Source: Candidatus Obscuribacterales bacterium | Lineage (GTDB): Bacteria > Cyanobacteriota > Vampirovibrionia > Obscuribacterales > Obscuribacteraceae | Length of the DNA stretch: 64,000 nucleotides | Direction: 5' to 3' | Assembly (NCBI GenBank): GCA_965228855.1 | Contig: CBDDIJ010000003.1 | Coordinates: 3,680,001 to 3,744,000, forward strand | Shown here: piece by piece, positions 1 to 9,575 of the stretch | How the letters are laid out: each line of letters starts with the position of its first letter | Numbering within the stretch: the stretch's first letter is position 1 | Translations under genes and position numbers: made by a program | Notes under the pieces: model-generated | The model's input: only the letters and a program-made list of their open reading frames with translations | What the model was told of the DNA's origin: nothing | Databases searched by the model: none

Positions 1-1407
1 AGGCGGGTTCAAAACTGCCACCTTCAGCTCTTCCGGCGTCTCCGCGATCATCCTGGCGAGTTGTAGCTGGAGAGACCGCGTTGCTTGAGAAGCCGCATTC
101 CAGGCTTGATTGTTCACAAGATCGCAGACGAAGAAACAGATGATGAAACCCGCGCCGCAGATAATCGACACTGTCTTTCTCCAACTACGACCCGGAGCGA
201 ACGTCGTTGCTGGCTGCATAATGAACAACGAAATTAGCAGGCAGAGTGGAACACTTGGGATGTAAAAACTTCGACTGCTGGCGAAGCTGTAGGTCAACGC
301 CGCCGTTTTCAATTCGGGCAGCAAACTAGCGGCAAACCAGAATACGCAAAAAACGATAAGTCCGGTCATTGCACGCAGTTTTTTCAAACGGCTGAGCAGT
401 GACACTGCTAACACGCCATAGAGTACTGCGAGAATTACAGGTATTGGAAAGGCGAAATTCAGATCCGGATTAAGCGGGACAAAAAGCATTCTCAGGCGTT
501 CGATACTCGCCCATTGCCTGAGTGAATCGTCCAGACTAAAGATCTGCCAGAACGCGCCCTTGTAGCCGCCCCATATGGTGCCTAAAGCCAACCAGCGAAC
601 CATCAAGTAAACGCAAAACACGGCGAACAGTTTCCAACATGATGGAACAATTGAGGCAAGTCTTTCCTTCCACGATGCTGATTTCAACATGCATAAAGCA
701 GGCAGTAAAAGAATTAGCGAAACGGCGACTTCTTTGAACAGCAGCGCCACCGCATACGCTACCATTGACGCAAGCCCAGGTTGCCAACCTCCGACTCGAT
801 GTTCGCGCATCCAGAGTAGAAGAGTAAGGACGAAAAACAAACCGGCGGCGCAATCCGGCCGGCCGCCCAACCAGACTATGGCCTCGGCTCCGACCGGAAA
901 GACCGAGAACAATGCAGCGCAGAGAAACGCTGTGTAAACGTCACTGGCCCGGCAAAACTGCAATTGCGTTTTCGCACCGGTGACTTCGTCGCGACGAAAT
1001 CCGCTTCTCATCCATTGAAAAACTTCTCTCGCAAAAAAATATACGCACCAGATCGTCCCCACGTGCAGGGCAAGACTGGTGAGGTGATAGCCGAATGGAG
1101 AAACCCCAAACGTTAAGAAGTTAAAGGCAAGCAGAAACAGGGGAAGGGGCCGATAGAACAATTCGTAATCCGATGCGCCAAGCCAAGATGACGCAAATTC
1201 ATGTAGAAACAGTTCCGGCTTTTGAAGAGCAGAACTAGCGTATTGAATGTGAGAAAAATCGGAATTGAGAAAGTAGTTGTTCAGCGTCGAGTAATAGGCG
1301 AGCACCGGCAACAGCGCAAGAAGTAGCAACTGAATCCCAGTCACCAAAAATGTTTGATGAAACTCTTCCGGATTCTGTCGCGTAGCTTCTTGCGCCGTTG
1401 ATAGCAT
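1..1407 (-). CDS. GT-C fold (TMTC/PMT_2-like) membrane glycosyltransferase, 3' end truncated by window edge
   Basis: Missing from the ORF track because it runs off the window. Manual translation from ATG 1407 (alternative in-frame ATG 1419) gives MLSTAQEATRQ...YYSTLNNYFLNSDFSHI...ELFYRPLP...FGVSPFGYHLTSLALH...LFSVFPVGAEAIVWLGGRPD. FYRPL, GYHLT and E-A-I-V-W-x-x-G-R are typical GT-C/TMTC-like motifs; many TM segments. Confidence 0.8.
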   Translation of the reverse strand, partial: MLSTAQEATRQNPEEFHQTFLVTGIQLLLLALLPVLAYYSTLNNYFLNSDFSHIQYASSALQKPELFLHEFASSWLGASDYELFYRPLPLFLLAFNFLTFGVSPFGYHLTSLALHVGTIWCVYFFAREVFQWMRSGFRRDEVTGAKTQLQFCRASDVYTAFLCAALFSVFPVGAEAIVWLGGRPDCAAGLFFVLTLLLWMREHRVGGWQPGLASMVAYAVALLFKEVAVSLILLLPALCMLKSASWKERLASIVPSCWKLFAVFCVYLMVRWLALGTIWGGYKGAFWQIFSLDDSLRQWASIERLRMLFVPLNPDLNFAFPIPVILAVLYGVLAVSLLSRLKKLRAMTGLIVFCVFWFAASLLPELKTAALTYSFASSRSFYIPSVPLCLLISLFIMQPATTFAPGRSWRKTVSIICGAGFIICFFVCDLVNNQAWNAASQATRSLQLQLARMIAETPEELKVAVLNPP

Positions 1408-1589
1408 GTTCGAGATCATAGCAAAGTTAAACTCATAAAATCTCGCCTGAATATGACTGTTTCGGCGTTCTGCGATATTAAGAACAAGTGTAATTTGCGA
1501 TCATCGCGGGTCCAGTTGCGATAAAATCTTGACTTGCGTTCTATATCTGGAACACCTGCGCAACTTACCGTCCTCTCGGACGAAAACTA

Positions 1590-2381
1590 GTGAATTCGAG
1601 TAACACAACGTTGAACATTGACGCGAAGCCTAAATATCAAGTAAAGCGCGGCGAGTTGTCCGTTGTTATCGCTCTTTGCCTGACGTCACTGCTCGCGGCT
1701 CCTGCAGAAAGCGCACTGTTTCCGGTCTTGGAAGAACATGCCCGTGCAACCAAAGATCTGGTTGCCGATATGAAGTGGACGAACGGCCAGGCTTTTATCG
1801 AAAATGCCCATAGCACGGCCAACTCGTTGAACGATTACACCGTAGAAACCCGCTTGACTGGTCAAATGCGCGACAAGTTGAAAGATGGTAACGGCAAATT
1901 TTTCTACAAGAAAAACAAGCGCGTTCGCGTCGAGGTTACCAAAGGATCGGTAAATAACGGCGCTGTGGTCGTGAGAAAGGAAGATGGCAGCGTCGAGGCC
2001 CGCGGTGGCGGCATGCTGAAGTTCATGAAAATGTCGCTACAGCCGGACTCCCGCATGTTGCAACTGCCTAATGGAAACAGCGTAGTCGCAAGTGACATTC
2101 CCAGTTTATTCGCAAGTGTCAAAGCCCGCTTGCGTAAAGGCAGTGCGAAAGCGCGGCTGGGTAGCGAGAGCTTAACGAGCAACCGATGGAAAGGGGCGGT
2201 CAAAGTCGTCGAAATTGTCGAAGGCGATTTCGATCAAGTTACCGACCGAATTTTCCTGAACCCCAAAAATAACTTGCCTGTCGAATGGGATGTTTTCAAA
2301 GACGGCTCACTGATTTCAGTCACGTTCTTCGACAATATGAAGGAGAACGTCGGTCTCGACGACAGCCTGTTCGACCTTTAG
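1590..2381 (+). CDS. Secreted LolA-like / DUF1571-like protein
   Basis: Hydrophobic signal-like segment, then a beta-rich pattern (DYTVETRL...GKFFYKK..RVRVEV...DRIFLNPKNNLPVEWDVF...NVGLDDSLFDL). The C-terminus resembles LolA-fold proteins. Start codon uncertain. Confidence 0.6.
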   Translation: MNSSNTTLNIDAKPKYQVKRGELSVVIALCLTSLLAAPAESALFPVLEEHARATKDLVADMKWTNGQAFIENAHSTANSLNDYTVETRLTGQMRDKLKDGNGKFFYKKNKRVRVEVTKGSVNNGAVVVRKEDGSVEARGGGMLKFMKMSLQPDSRMLQLPNGNSVVASDIPSLFASVKARLRKGSAKARLGSESLTSNRWKGAVKVVEIVEGDFDQVTDRIFLNPKNNLPVEWDVFKDGSLISVTFFDNMKENVGLDDSLFDL

Positions 2382-2396
2382 CTAAAAACGTTCGCT

Positions 2397-3221
2397 ATGG
2401 AAACCGCCTGCAACAAGAGAAACAATTGGAGTTCAATCCACGTGCACATTCAAAACAAGAATCTCAAGCAATTTAGTCTGACACCACTAGCGGTGCTCAT
2501 GCTGATTACTCTGGCGGCACCGCAGAGCGCCGATTGTTTCCCTTCACTCGCATCCAAATCGGCAGACGGCTCGACTTCACCGGCTCCCCACAAGTCTGCC
2601 GACAGCGGCGGCGCCGAAGCGTCAGGGGACAAGTCCCCGAAGAACGGCGACTTGAAGATTTTCGCCTCAGGTCCAGGAGCCATGGGGCTCACCGACCTGC
2701 GCGACGTCGGTCTGTGCGTAATGCAAATTAAGCAGCAGGCGATCAACATCTATCTTGAAGCAACACGAAAGCCGGTGGACATCACCTGTGTCGCCACATT
2801 GGACGATCCCAGTCACATATCAGTGCACGGTCTTGCAAGTGATGCAAAATACCTGGAAGCACGTCCGGAATGGTTGACTTTCTACATCGGCACGATGGAG
2901 CCAATTATCCACCTCTTCAAGGAAGACGTTAAAGATGTGGAGACAGGCATAGAAAAAGTAATCGTTCCCAAAGGCACCAAAGACAAATTCGAAAAACTGT
3001 TCGACGATTACGAAACCGCTGTTAACTCGATGAACGAGCATCTCTCAAACATTTACGAAGAGATTCACGAATCCGACAACAATGTCAAAGTCGCAAAAGA
3101 AGCTATCAAAATCTTCGAACTTGCAGACAACATCGAAAAGGGCAGGCAAGAAGCCTTTCATCTACTGAAAGATTCTGCTGACACTAAAGAGACAGAAGAA
3201 CTGGACCGTAAGAAAAACTAA
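2397..3221 (+). CDS. Hypothetical secreted alpha-helical protein
   Basis: 274-aa ORF with a signal-like segment, S/A/G linker and acidic helical C-terminal half. Overlaps the convergent gene by 4 bp. Confidence 0.65.
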   Translation: METACNKRNNWSSIHVHIQNKNLKQFSLTPLAVLMLITLAAPQSADCFPSLASKSADGSTSPAPHKSADSGGAEASGDKSPKNGDLKIFASGPGAMGLTDLRDVGLCVMQIKQQAINIYLEATRKPVDITCVATLDDPSHISVHGLASDAKYLEARPEWLTFYIGTMEPIIHLFKEDVKDVETGIEKVIVPKGTKDKFEKLFDDYETAVNSMNEHLSNIYEEIHESDNNVKVAKEAIKIFELADNIEKGRQEAFHLLKDSADTKETEELDRKKN

Positions 3222-4621
3222 TTTGGATCAAGAAATTTCTTTCTTGCGCTTGCCGGCCACTTTTCAGAGATCGGGCGGATATGCTCGTCCGATGAGTTCC
3301 AGAGAGAGACTTCATTAAGTTCTGATTCGTCAGAAGCCTTTTCCGGCTTCATGCCCAGACACAACTCAGACTCTCCTCTCCAGCTTGGAATGAACGTAAG
3401 ACGTTTAGACCAGTGAAATCCTCCGCCGTCAACGCGTCGTGAGGAACCGGTTTGCACATCATAGACCGTCGTCCCCTCCTTCGTGCTCGGAATAGATACA
3501 AGATTTCCAGATGGATTGAACTCGAAGAATTCCATCAGGTCACCGCCAACTTCCGGCTCGTCTATTGGTATCATCCGCGATACCATCGCGCTCTTGCCGG
3601 GGCGAAACTGAAAAAGTGTGGGTCTGCGCACAATCTGTGGGCCCGTACCAGGCAATTCAACTGGAGCAGACGAGAAAACCAGACTTTGATCGGCAAGGCG
3701 ACGCACGCGGCTGTTTTTATTGAAATAAACAGACGCAAATTTACGTTTCTCACCTATTTGAACAACGCCCTCATTTACCTCATACTTAGCTGCCGTTAAC
3801 GATCCAATCAAGGAGGTCTGCTTCAAGTCGGCATCAGGAATGAGGGTGGGCAAATCGGCGTCGATGTAATAAAACTCGTTGCCATCAGAACTCCAATCGG
3901 GAAACGTCGAACATGCGTTTGAAACTACGGACGATGTTCCATCCATCGTCACAAGCGAAAGCGTGTAAGCGGTATCGAAAGAACTTTCGGGGCGGGTCAC
4001 AAGGAGAAACGCAGAGCCGGCTGGACTGATACGAACCTCCTTGACGTCGCGAAGCGTGCGAAAGATCTCTTTGCGATTTGATAAAGACTTTTCTGTCACA
4101 TCATACGTACAAAACCGATGAACACCCACATCAACTGTGGTTTTAACTGTATTCCAATTCTCGCCGGCAGCTGCCATTTCTTTGTCTTTATTTTCGCGCA
4201 AATAAATTACAGCTTCGCGATTAAAAGATAGATCTCCGACGACCTTTTCAAAATTCTTCCAATCGCCCTTGTTCTGCCTCGCGGCGGAAAGCATGGTATT
4301 GGCAGTATTCATTACCTTTTTCAGGTCACTAGCGGACTCAAGCGCGCGCACCTGCTCCCAGGTCGTAACCTTCTCATACTCAACCGCGAGCAAACGATTG
4401 CTCCCGCCGGCGAACCAGTCAACCAGTTCCACTCCAGGTTTAGCTTCGCCGATGTTTCCCTCGCTGTCTGCAATTCGCAAACCATCACCGGCAATCACCG
4501 CAGCAGCCGAACCGTCGGATGACCAGGAAATCCTCCTGGGGTCTTCACAAGCGGTCAGGAGAAGGACGGAAAACGCAGCGAGGACAGCAGCCTTGACACC
4601 ACTTTTAGTAGCAACTTTCAT
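3218..4621 (-). CDS. Lipoprotein with TolB/PD40-like beta-propeller repeats
   Basis: Lipobox LLTAC; repeats ISWSSDG, ISPAGS, PDWSSDG, FNPSGN, PSWRG. Confidence 0.7.
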   Translation of the reverse strand: MKVATKSGVKAAVLAAFSVLLLTACEDPRRISWSSDGSAAAVIAGDGLRIADSEGNIGEAKPGVELVDWFAGGSNRLLAVEYEKVTTWEQVRALESASDLKKVMNTANTMLSAARQNKGDWKNFEKVVGDLSFNREAVIYLRENKDKEMAAAGENWNTVKTTVDVGVHRFCTYDVTEKSLSNRKEIFRTLRDVKEVRISPAGSAFLLVTRPESSFDTAYTLSLVTMDGTSSVVSNACSTFPDWSSDGNEFYYIDADLPTLIPDADLKQTSLIGSLTAAKYEVNEGVVQIGEKRKFASVYFNKNSRVRRLADQSLVFSSAPVELPGTGPQIVRRPTLFQFRPGKSAMVSRMIPIDEPEVGGDLMEFFEFNPSGNLVSIPSTKEGTTVYDVQTGSSRRVDGGGFHWSKRLTFIPSWRGESELCLGMKPEKASDESELNEVSLWNSSDEHIRPISEKWPASARKKFLDPN

Positions 4622-4794
4622 CTCGATTCCCTTTTTTAGTTTGCGACTCTATTTTGGATCTCCGGACCAATATAACAGGTCGCTCGGTCTAGAGGTCCGC
4701 AGCGAACTCCGTAACCAAGACGCCGAACAGCGTGAATTTAGGAGCATGACTAATTAAGCGAAGATAAAGGTCAGCGGAGAGGAACTAAAGAGAC

Positions 4795-6081
4795 CTAAAG
4801 CTGCTTCAAGGGACGCTCCCCCATCTCAACACGAAGACGAGTGAAGCTCAGTATCGCCTGATCTACCGAAACAACTCCGTAAGATATCAGAGCAAGCAGA
4901 TCGCGCGCGTATGAAACGACTCGACGATCTTCCTGCTGGATTCCAGCAAGCGATTTTTCCAAATTATTGCTGTCTAGAATCGACTTGATAATCGCGCGTT
5001 TTACTGATGCTTTGTCGCTAAACGACCGGCGCGGCACACCAAGAACTTCCTCAAAAAGATGAGGCTCGACCATAAGAGTGCGAATGATAGAACGCAATCC
5101 ATCGGGTGTCAGGAAGCCGCTCGTAACTAGAAATTGGTAGAGCGTAAGGTCCTTTGACTGCTTGTTCAATAACGATGACACATAATCCATCTTTTCTTGC
5201 TTCGCTCTCAAAGCCTTGAGTATGTCGACCGCTTCGCCGCCGGTCATATAACCATCTCGCACAAAACCAGTCAATCCATTCGCGGCGGATAGTACCGGCT
5301 GCTGAATAAAATCGAATCCGCGCAAGACATCCTCTAGCAAGAAATTGTTCGATTCGGCAAAACGTTCTGCCGGTTTTAAATCTTGTTCTGACACCATCTT
5401 TGATGTCAGCAGCAAGTCGCGTAATTGAAATTCGCTTTCGACTTCTGCTTCCGCAGTGTGCCTGTTTAAAAGCAATCGATTTCGAGGAAGGAAATCTTCT
5501 TTGGAAACACGCAGTCGCTTTAAACGAGTGACCGCATCACCAAACGTACTGCGACGTTCTCGAATTTCAGTTTGCAAATTCAACGCTTCAGAGACAACTA
5601 TTTCCGGGATTCGCGCGTCAATTGTGAGAATTCGCCCGATCGGCAGTCCGCATAATCCTTGAAGCGTAAGCGATGTGTCGAGATCGTTTTCACTGATTCG
5701 GTCTGACTCAAGCAGAAGTTCACCGATACGGACGATTGTGCCATCATCAATAGCGCAACCTAGCGCGACCAGAGCCTCTCGAATATTCCAATTTTCACGG
5801 CGAGCAATAAAGAAAGCCTCTTTAGCGTCCTCCAATTGAATTATTTTGCTTCGGACCAGGCAATGAAGCTGAACAAGGTTGGAAAGTTCGCCGTTTGTTA
5901 TCAGCCCTCTCAGGACAGTAGCCCGCCCGACGGGAACTTCAAGTTCCTGAGCGACTTGCAAGGTTTCGTCTAAAACATCGGGCGAAAGCACCTCGAGGAG
6001 CCCGAGAAACTCGCCTATCCTGATATTTGCGGGATCGAGTTCAGTCTCGATTCGCCTCTTGAACAGCTCGCCCATGCGCAA
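4795..6081 (-). CDS. Stand-alone protein with multiple MshEN-like (c-di-GMP-binding) repeats
   Basis: RIGEFLGLLEVLSPDVLDETLQVA, RIGELLLESDRISENDLDTSLTLQ, PIGRILTIDARI...ALNLQ and TLYQFLVTSGFLT resemble RLGxxLxxxGxIxxxxLxxxLxxQ; no ATPase domain. Confidence 0.7.
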   Translation of the reverse strand: MRMGELFKRRIETELDPANIRIGEFLGLLEVLSPDVLDETLQVAQELEVPVGRATVLRGLITNGELSNLVQLHCLVRSKIIQLEDAKEAFFIARRENWNIREALVALGCAIDDGTIVRIGELLLESDRISENDLDTSLTLQGLCGLPIGRILTIDARIPEIVVSEALNLQTEIRERRSTFGDAVTRLKRLRVSKEDFLPRNRLLLNRHTAEAEVESEFQLRDLLLTSKMVSEQDLKPAERFAESNNFLLEDVLRGFDFIQQPVLSAANGLTGFVRDGYMTGGEAVDILKALRAKQEKMDYVSSLLNKQSKDLTLYQFLVTSGFLTPDGLRSIIRTLMVEPHLFEEVLGVPRRSFSDKASVKRAIIKSILDSNNLEKSLAGIQQEDRRVVSYARDLLALISYGVVSVDQAILSFTRLRVEMGERPLKQL

Positions 6082-6464
6082 ACAGAATCCGTTTTTTTGC
6101 CGTATTGAATGTGATCTACCTCTATTTTATATAACTTAATCCTCGGTTCCATCGTCTGCAAGGCAGATCAGGCCTAAATATTCACGCCCGAACCTATGAC
6201 AACTTCGACTGCAAGAAAAGCGTTTCGGAAACAGAAATAGAATTTTTCCAGAATAAAAAAAAATGCCTGCAAAACCTTTGACACCAAACTCAGTATCACT
6301 TTCAATACTCCCTATTAAAAAAATAGCATCGATCATGACACCAGAAGTGATACCAGATTAAAACCACTACAAGCTAACATACTATTTCGCGCTTCTCTCT
6401 TTGATCTAATATGTAATTTGAAACACCGCATAGGGTGCCGTTTTCACAATTAGAAACGGGGGGC

Positions 6465-6493
6465 TTGTCACATCTCCGAGCGTGGTATATAGT
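6465..6493 (+). promoter_or_regulatory. Sigma70-type promoter
   Basis: TTGTCA (6465-6470), 17-bp spacer, TATAGT (6488-6493). Confidence 0.65.
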
Positions 6494-6498
6494 TGCTA

Positions 6499-6812
6499 AC
6501 GAGTCGGCGTTTTTTTGCAACGCATCCGATGAGATGTTTGAGAAACGACGAAAAGACAAATCGTGGGTCGCCGGTAATTAATACCGGTCAAGATACCACC
6601 CAGAATTGGAGTACACACAGATGAGATTGAACGATAAGCCACGCTCAGACCAACATTGATTCTGCCTCCACAGGTTAGAACTAACAGGTGAGATAAGCGA
6701 GTTCTCACTTCTTGCAGTTTTCGTTGTATTAGCGAAGAGTAAGAGCACCTGGAGGCAGTTCCGAGGCGGATGTCCGTCGGTCCCTCCTTAAATTCAGGCT
6801 CTTACTCTTTTT
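6499..6812 (+). ncRNA. Putative structured sRNA or attenuating leader RNA
   Basis: Lies between the promoter and a U-tailed hairpin. Stems: 6545-6554/6718-6727 (10 bp), ccggta/taccgg, gtgaga/tctcac, 6735-6746/6798-6809 (12 bp perfect). Confidence 0.45.
6735..6812 (+). terminator. Long hairpin with U-tract (intrinsic terminator-like)
   Basis: aagagtaagagc...gctcttactctt(ttt) with inner stems cctg/cagg, ggagg/cctcc and ccga/tcgg. Confidence 0.5.
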
Positions 6813-6861
6813 GCCGTCCAGGCATGCCATTACACACGAACAGAAGCTAGAGGTGTTTCTC

Positions 6862-7614
6862 ATGTTCAACAGAATCGTTGAAGTCACAGGATTAAGAAAA
6901 CAATTCGGCCCGTCCGAGGCCGTTAAAAACGTCACGTTCCATGCCGACAGAGGCGAAATCGTCGGATTGCTCGGTGCCAACGGCGCCGGAAAAACCACAA
7001 CGATTCACATGTTGCTTGGTCTGACGAAACCAACAGCGGGAACCGTCCGCGTGTTCGGGCAAAACATCGAGACGCACAGAACAGAGATTCTGCAACGAGT
7101 CAACTTCGCGTCGTCGTATGTGCACTTGCCGTACAACCTCAAGGTCTCCGAAAACCTGACTGTGTTCGCCAAAATATACGGCGTCCGCAATCCGAAACCG
7201 AAGATCGACGGGTTGTTGGAGGACTTCGAGATAGCTCACTTGAGAAATTCGACATCGGGAAGATTGTCGTCCGGTGAGCAAACTCGACTCAACCTCTGCA
7301 AAGCTCTGTTGAATGACCCGGAAGTCCTGGTTCTCGACGAGCCCACGGCAAGCCTCGATCCGGACCTTGCCGACAAGGTGAGAAAGGTACTCCAGCGCTA
7401 CAACAACGAGACTGGATGCACGTTGATAACGACGTCGCACAACATGCTCGATGTCGGCGAATTGTGCAACCGAATTGTATTTATGCGAAGCGGTGAAGTC
7501 GTTGAGGAAGGCTCTTCCCAGGACATTCTCCGGAAGTACGAAAGCGACTCACTGGAAGATGTGTTTATCGCGATCGCACGTAACAAAACTCTCGAAAAGG
7601 TGGGTGTATCATGA
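6862..7614 (+). CDS. ABC-2 (DrrA/NodI-like) exporter ATP-binding subunit
   Basis: Walker A GANGAGKTT, signature LSSGE, Walker B VLVLDEPT, H-loop TSH. RBS GAGGTG before ATG 6862. Confidence 0.95.
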   Translation: MFNRIVEVTGLRKQFGPSEAVKNVTFHADRGEIVGLLGANGAGKTTTIHMLLGLTKPTAGTVRVFGQNIETHRTEILQRVNFASSYVHLPYNLKVSENLTVFAKIYGVRNPKPKIDGLLEDFEIAHLRNSTSGRLSSGEQTRLNLCKALLNDPEVLVLDEPTASLDPDLADKVRKVLQRYNNETGCTLITTSHNMLDVGELCNRIVFMRSGEVVEEGSSQDILRKYESDSLEDVFIAIARNKTLEKVGVS

Positions 7615-8405
7615 AGTGGAATAGAATCAACGCGCTCGTCTTGAAGTACGCGTATATCTGTTCGCGTAACGCTTTCCGAGCAATGGACGTCTGTTTCTGG
7701 CCGGTGGTTGATCTATTGGTCTGGGGATTCGTGACCCTCTATTTGCTCAAAGTCAGTGGTGCAGTGCCGGCTATGATTACATTCTTGGTCGGCGCGGTCA
7801 TCCTGTGGAACGTGTTCTACCGCGCACAGCAAGTCGTATGTTTGTCCTTCATGGAGGACCTGTGGTCGCGCAACTTGTTGAATATTTTCACCTCTCCGGT
7901 GAAAGTCAGTGAGTTCATCACGGCGTCTTACATATTGGGTCTAGCACAGGCTTTGATAGTTGTTTTGATACTGTCAGTAATGGCAATGTTCATGTACAAC
8001 TTCAACATCATGACGATGGGTCTCGATTTGGGTATGCTCTTTGCCAACCTGATGCTAATGGGCTGGGCAATGGGATTGGTCGCAACATCGCTGATCATTC
8101 GTTACGGTCCGCAAGCGGAAGTGCTGGCATGGGCGATACCATTCCTGGTGCAGCCACTATGTGCGGTGTTCTACCCAATAAGCGTTCTACCGGCATGGCT
8201 TCAGCCTCTTGCCCGATGCGTACCGGCGTCATATGTGTTTGAAGGCATGCGTGCGTCCCTGGCAGGCTCGCACGACCTGGTTGCAAATTATGCGATCACC
8301 GCCTTCGCACTAAACGTCCTCTACCTGGCCGGAGCAGGCTTGCTGTTCAAATTTATGTTTGAACAAGCACGCGAAAAAGGTTTGCTGGCCAAGTACTGCG
8401 CATAG
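7611..8405 (+). CDS. ABC-2 type permease
   Basis: About 6 TM segments and FYPISVLPAWLQPLA motif; ATGA overlap with the ATPase gene. Confidence 0.92.
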   Translation: MKWNRINALVLKYAYICSRNAFRAMDVCFWPVVDLLVWGFVTLYLLKVSGAVPAMITFLVGAVILWNVFYRAQQVVCLSFMEDLWSRNLLNIFTSPVKVSEFITASYILGLAQALIVVLILSVMAMFMYNFNIMTMGLDLGMLFANLMLMGWAMGLVATSLIIRYGPQAEVLAWAIPFLVQPLCAVFYPISVLPAWLQPLARCVPASYVFEGMRASLAGSHDLVANYAITAFALNVLYLAGAGLLFKFMFEQAREKGLLAKYCA

Positions 8406-8450
8406 TGCGGCGAAAGGGTGAAGGTCGGAAGGTCTAACGCCTCGCATCGT

Positions 8451-8495
8451 TTTCCAGCCGGGCATCGAATGCAATTTTTTGATGCCCGGCGGAAA
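8451..8495 (+). terminator. Intergenic hairpin after ABC operon
   Basis: tttcc-a-gccgggcatcga ... ttgatgcccggc-ggaaa; no strong U-tract after the stem. Confidence 0.45.
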
Positions 8496-8585
8496 CATTC
8501 GATACGCACCAGGAGCAATGACAGGCGGTGGGGAAGATTTGCCCGGACTCTGGCATAATTGGATTGTCGGGTTCAGGCGAAGGCT

Positions 8586-9482
8586 ATGAAAAAAGCAACT
8601 CTTGCCCTTTCACTTATATTTCTCATCGCGACTCAAGCGGCACCAGTGGCAGCAGCGGGCGACGATTGGGTAGAAGACGACCACGTCTCCGGCTTCTACA
8701 AGAAAGGAATAATTAGAACTCCTGACGATTATGAAACCCAGCCACAGGACATGCAGCCTGGCGACATGTCACCAGGGGACGGGGATTCTCAATATCAAAT
8801 GCCTGGTCAGTCAGGCAGTTTTGGCAATCCCCAATTTTCCCGCATGCCTCAGCAAAATCGCGCTCCCCAGAGTCCACCCCCGCAGCCGCAGGAAAAGGGT
8901 TTCTTCGGGAAAGCGAAATCGCTTGGCAAATCAATTATTAACACTCCCAAGAATCTTATTAATGGAACAGAGGACGCGCTGGACAACCCAGGTCTCTGGC
9001 AAAGCGCCGGAGCGGTCGCAGGCATGGGCGCCAGCGCGTACATGAATATGCGGCGCGGTCCTTACTATGGAGGATACAATCCGTACGGTCTCGGATACGG
9101 AAGCCCATACGGTTCAGTAAATCCCTTTGGTGGATTCGGATACAACCCATACGGCTCACCTTACGGCGGCGTCTTAGGAAACCCATACGGCGGAATTTAT
9201 GGAAATCCCTACGGTGGAATCTACGGAAATCCATATGGAGGACTGGTCGGCGGCGCCGCCCCTTACGGCAGCCCCAGCAATCCTTACAGTCCGTTCAACG
9301 TGAATCCATACACCGGCTACAGCGGTCTGGGCGGCATCAACAATGTTAATCCATACGGTATGATGACACCCTTCGGTTATGGCGGTCTCGGCGGCGTTGG
9401 CGGTCTTGGCGGCTTTGGCGGACTCGGTGGCTTCAGAGGACTGGGAGGCGCGAGCGTGGGTGGCGCGAAGGTCGGAAACTAA
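8586..9482 (+). CDS. Secreted Gly/Tyr/Asn/Pro-rich low-complexity repeat protein
   Basis: Signal peptide MKKATLALSLIFLIATQA; C-terminal (Y/G)NPYGG and GGxG repeats. Confidence 0.8.
   Translation: MKKATLALSLIFLIATQAAPVAAAGDDWVEDDHVSGFYKKGIIRTPDDYETQPQDMQPGDMSPGDGDSQYQMPGQSGSFGNPQFSRMPQQNRAPQSPPPQPQEKGFFGKAKSLGKSIINTPKNLINGTEDALDNPGLWQSAGAVAGMGASAYMNMRRGPYYGGYNPYGLGYGSPYGSVNPFGGFGYNPYGSPYGGVLGNPYGGIYGNPYGGIYGNPYGGLVGGAAPYGSPSNPYSPFNVNPYTGYSGLGGINNVNPYGMMTPFGYGGLGGVGGLGGFGGLGGFRGLGGASVGGAKVGN
9060..9470 (+). repeat. Coding repeats NPYG / GGLGG
   Basis: GNPYGGIYGNPYGGIYGNPYGG (24-nt period) plus about 8 further (N/S)P(Y/F)x units; codons are diverged. Confidence 0.8.
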
Positions 9483-9575
9483 TTGCACCGAATGCGACAC
9501 CATGTTAGTCAGAACTTTTCGCTGGCGATTTGACCATTAACGCTGTATTATTGTCGCGACATTTCCGGAGGTTGT

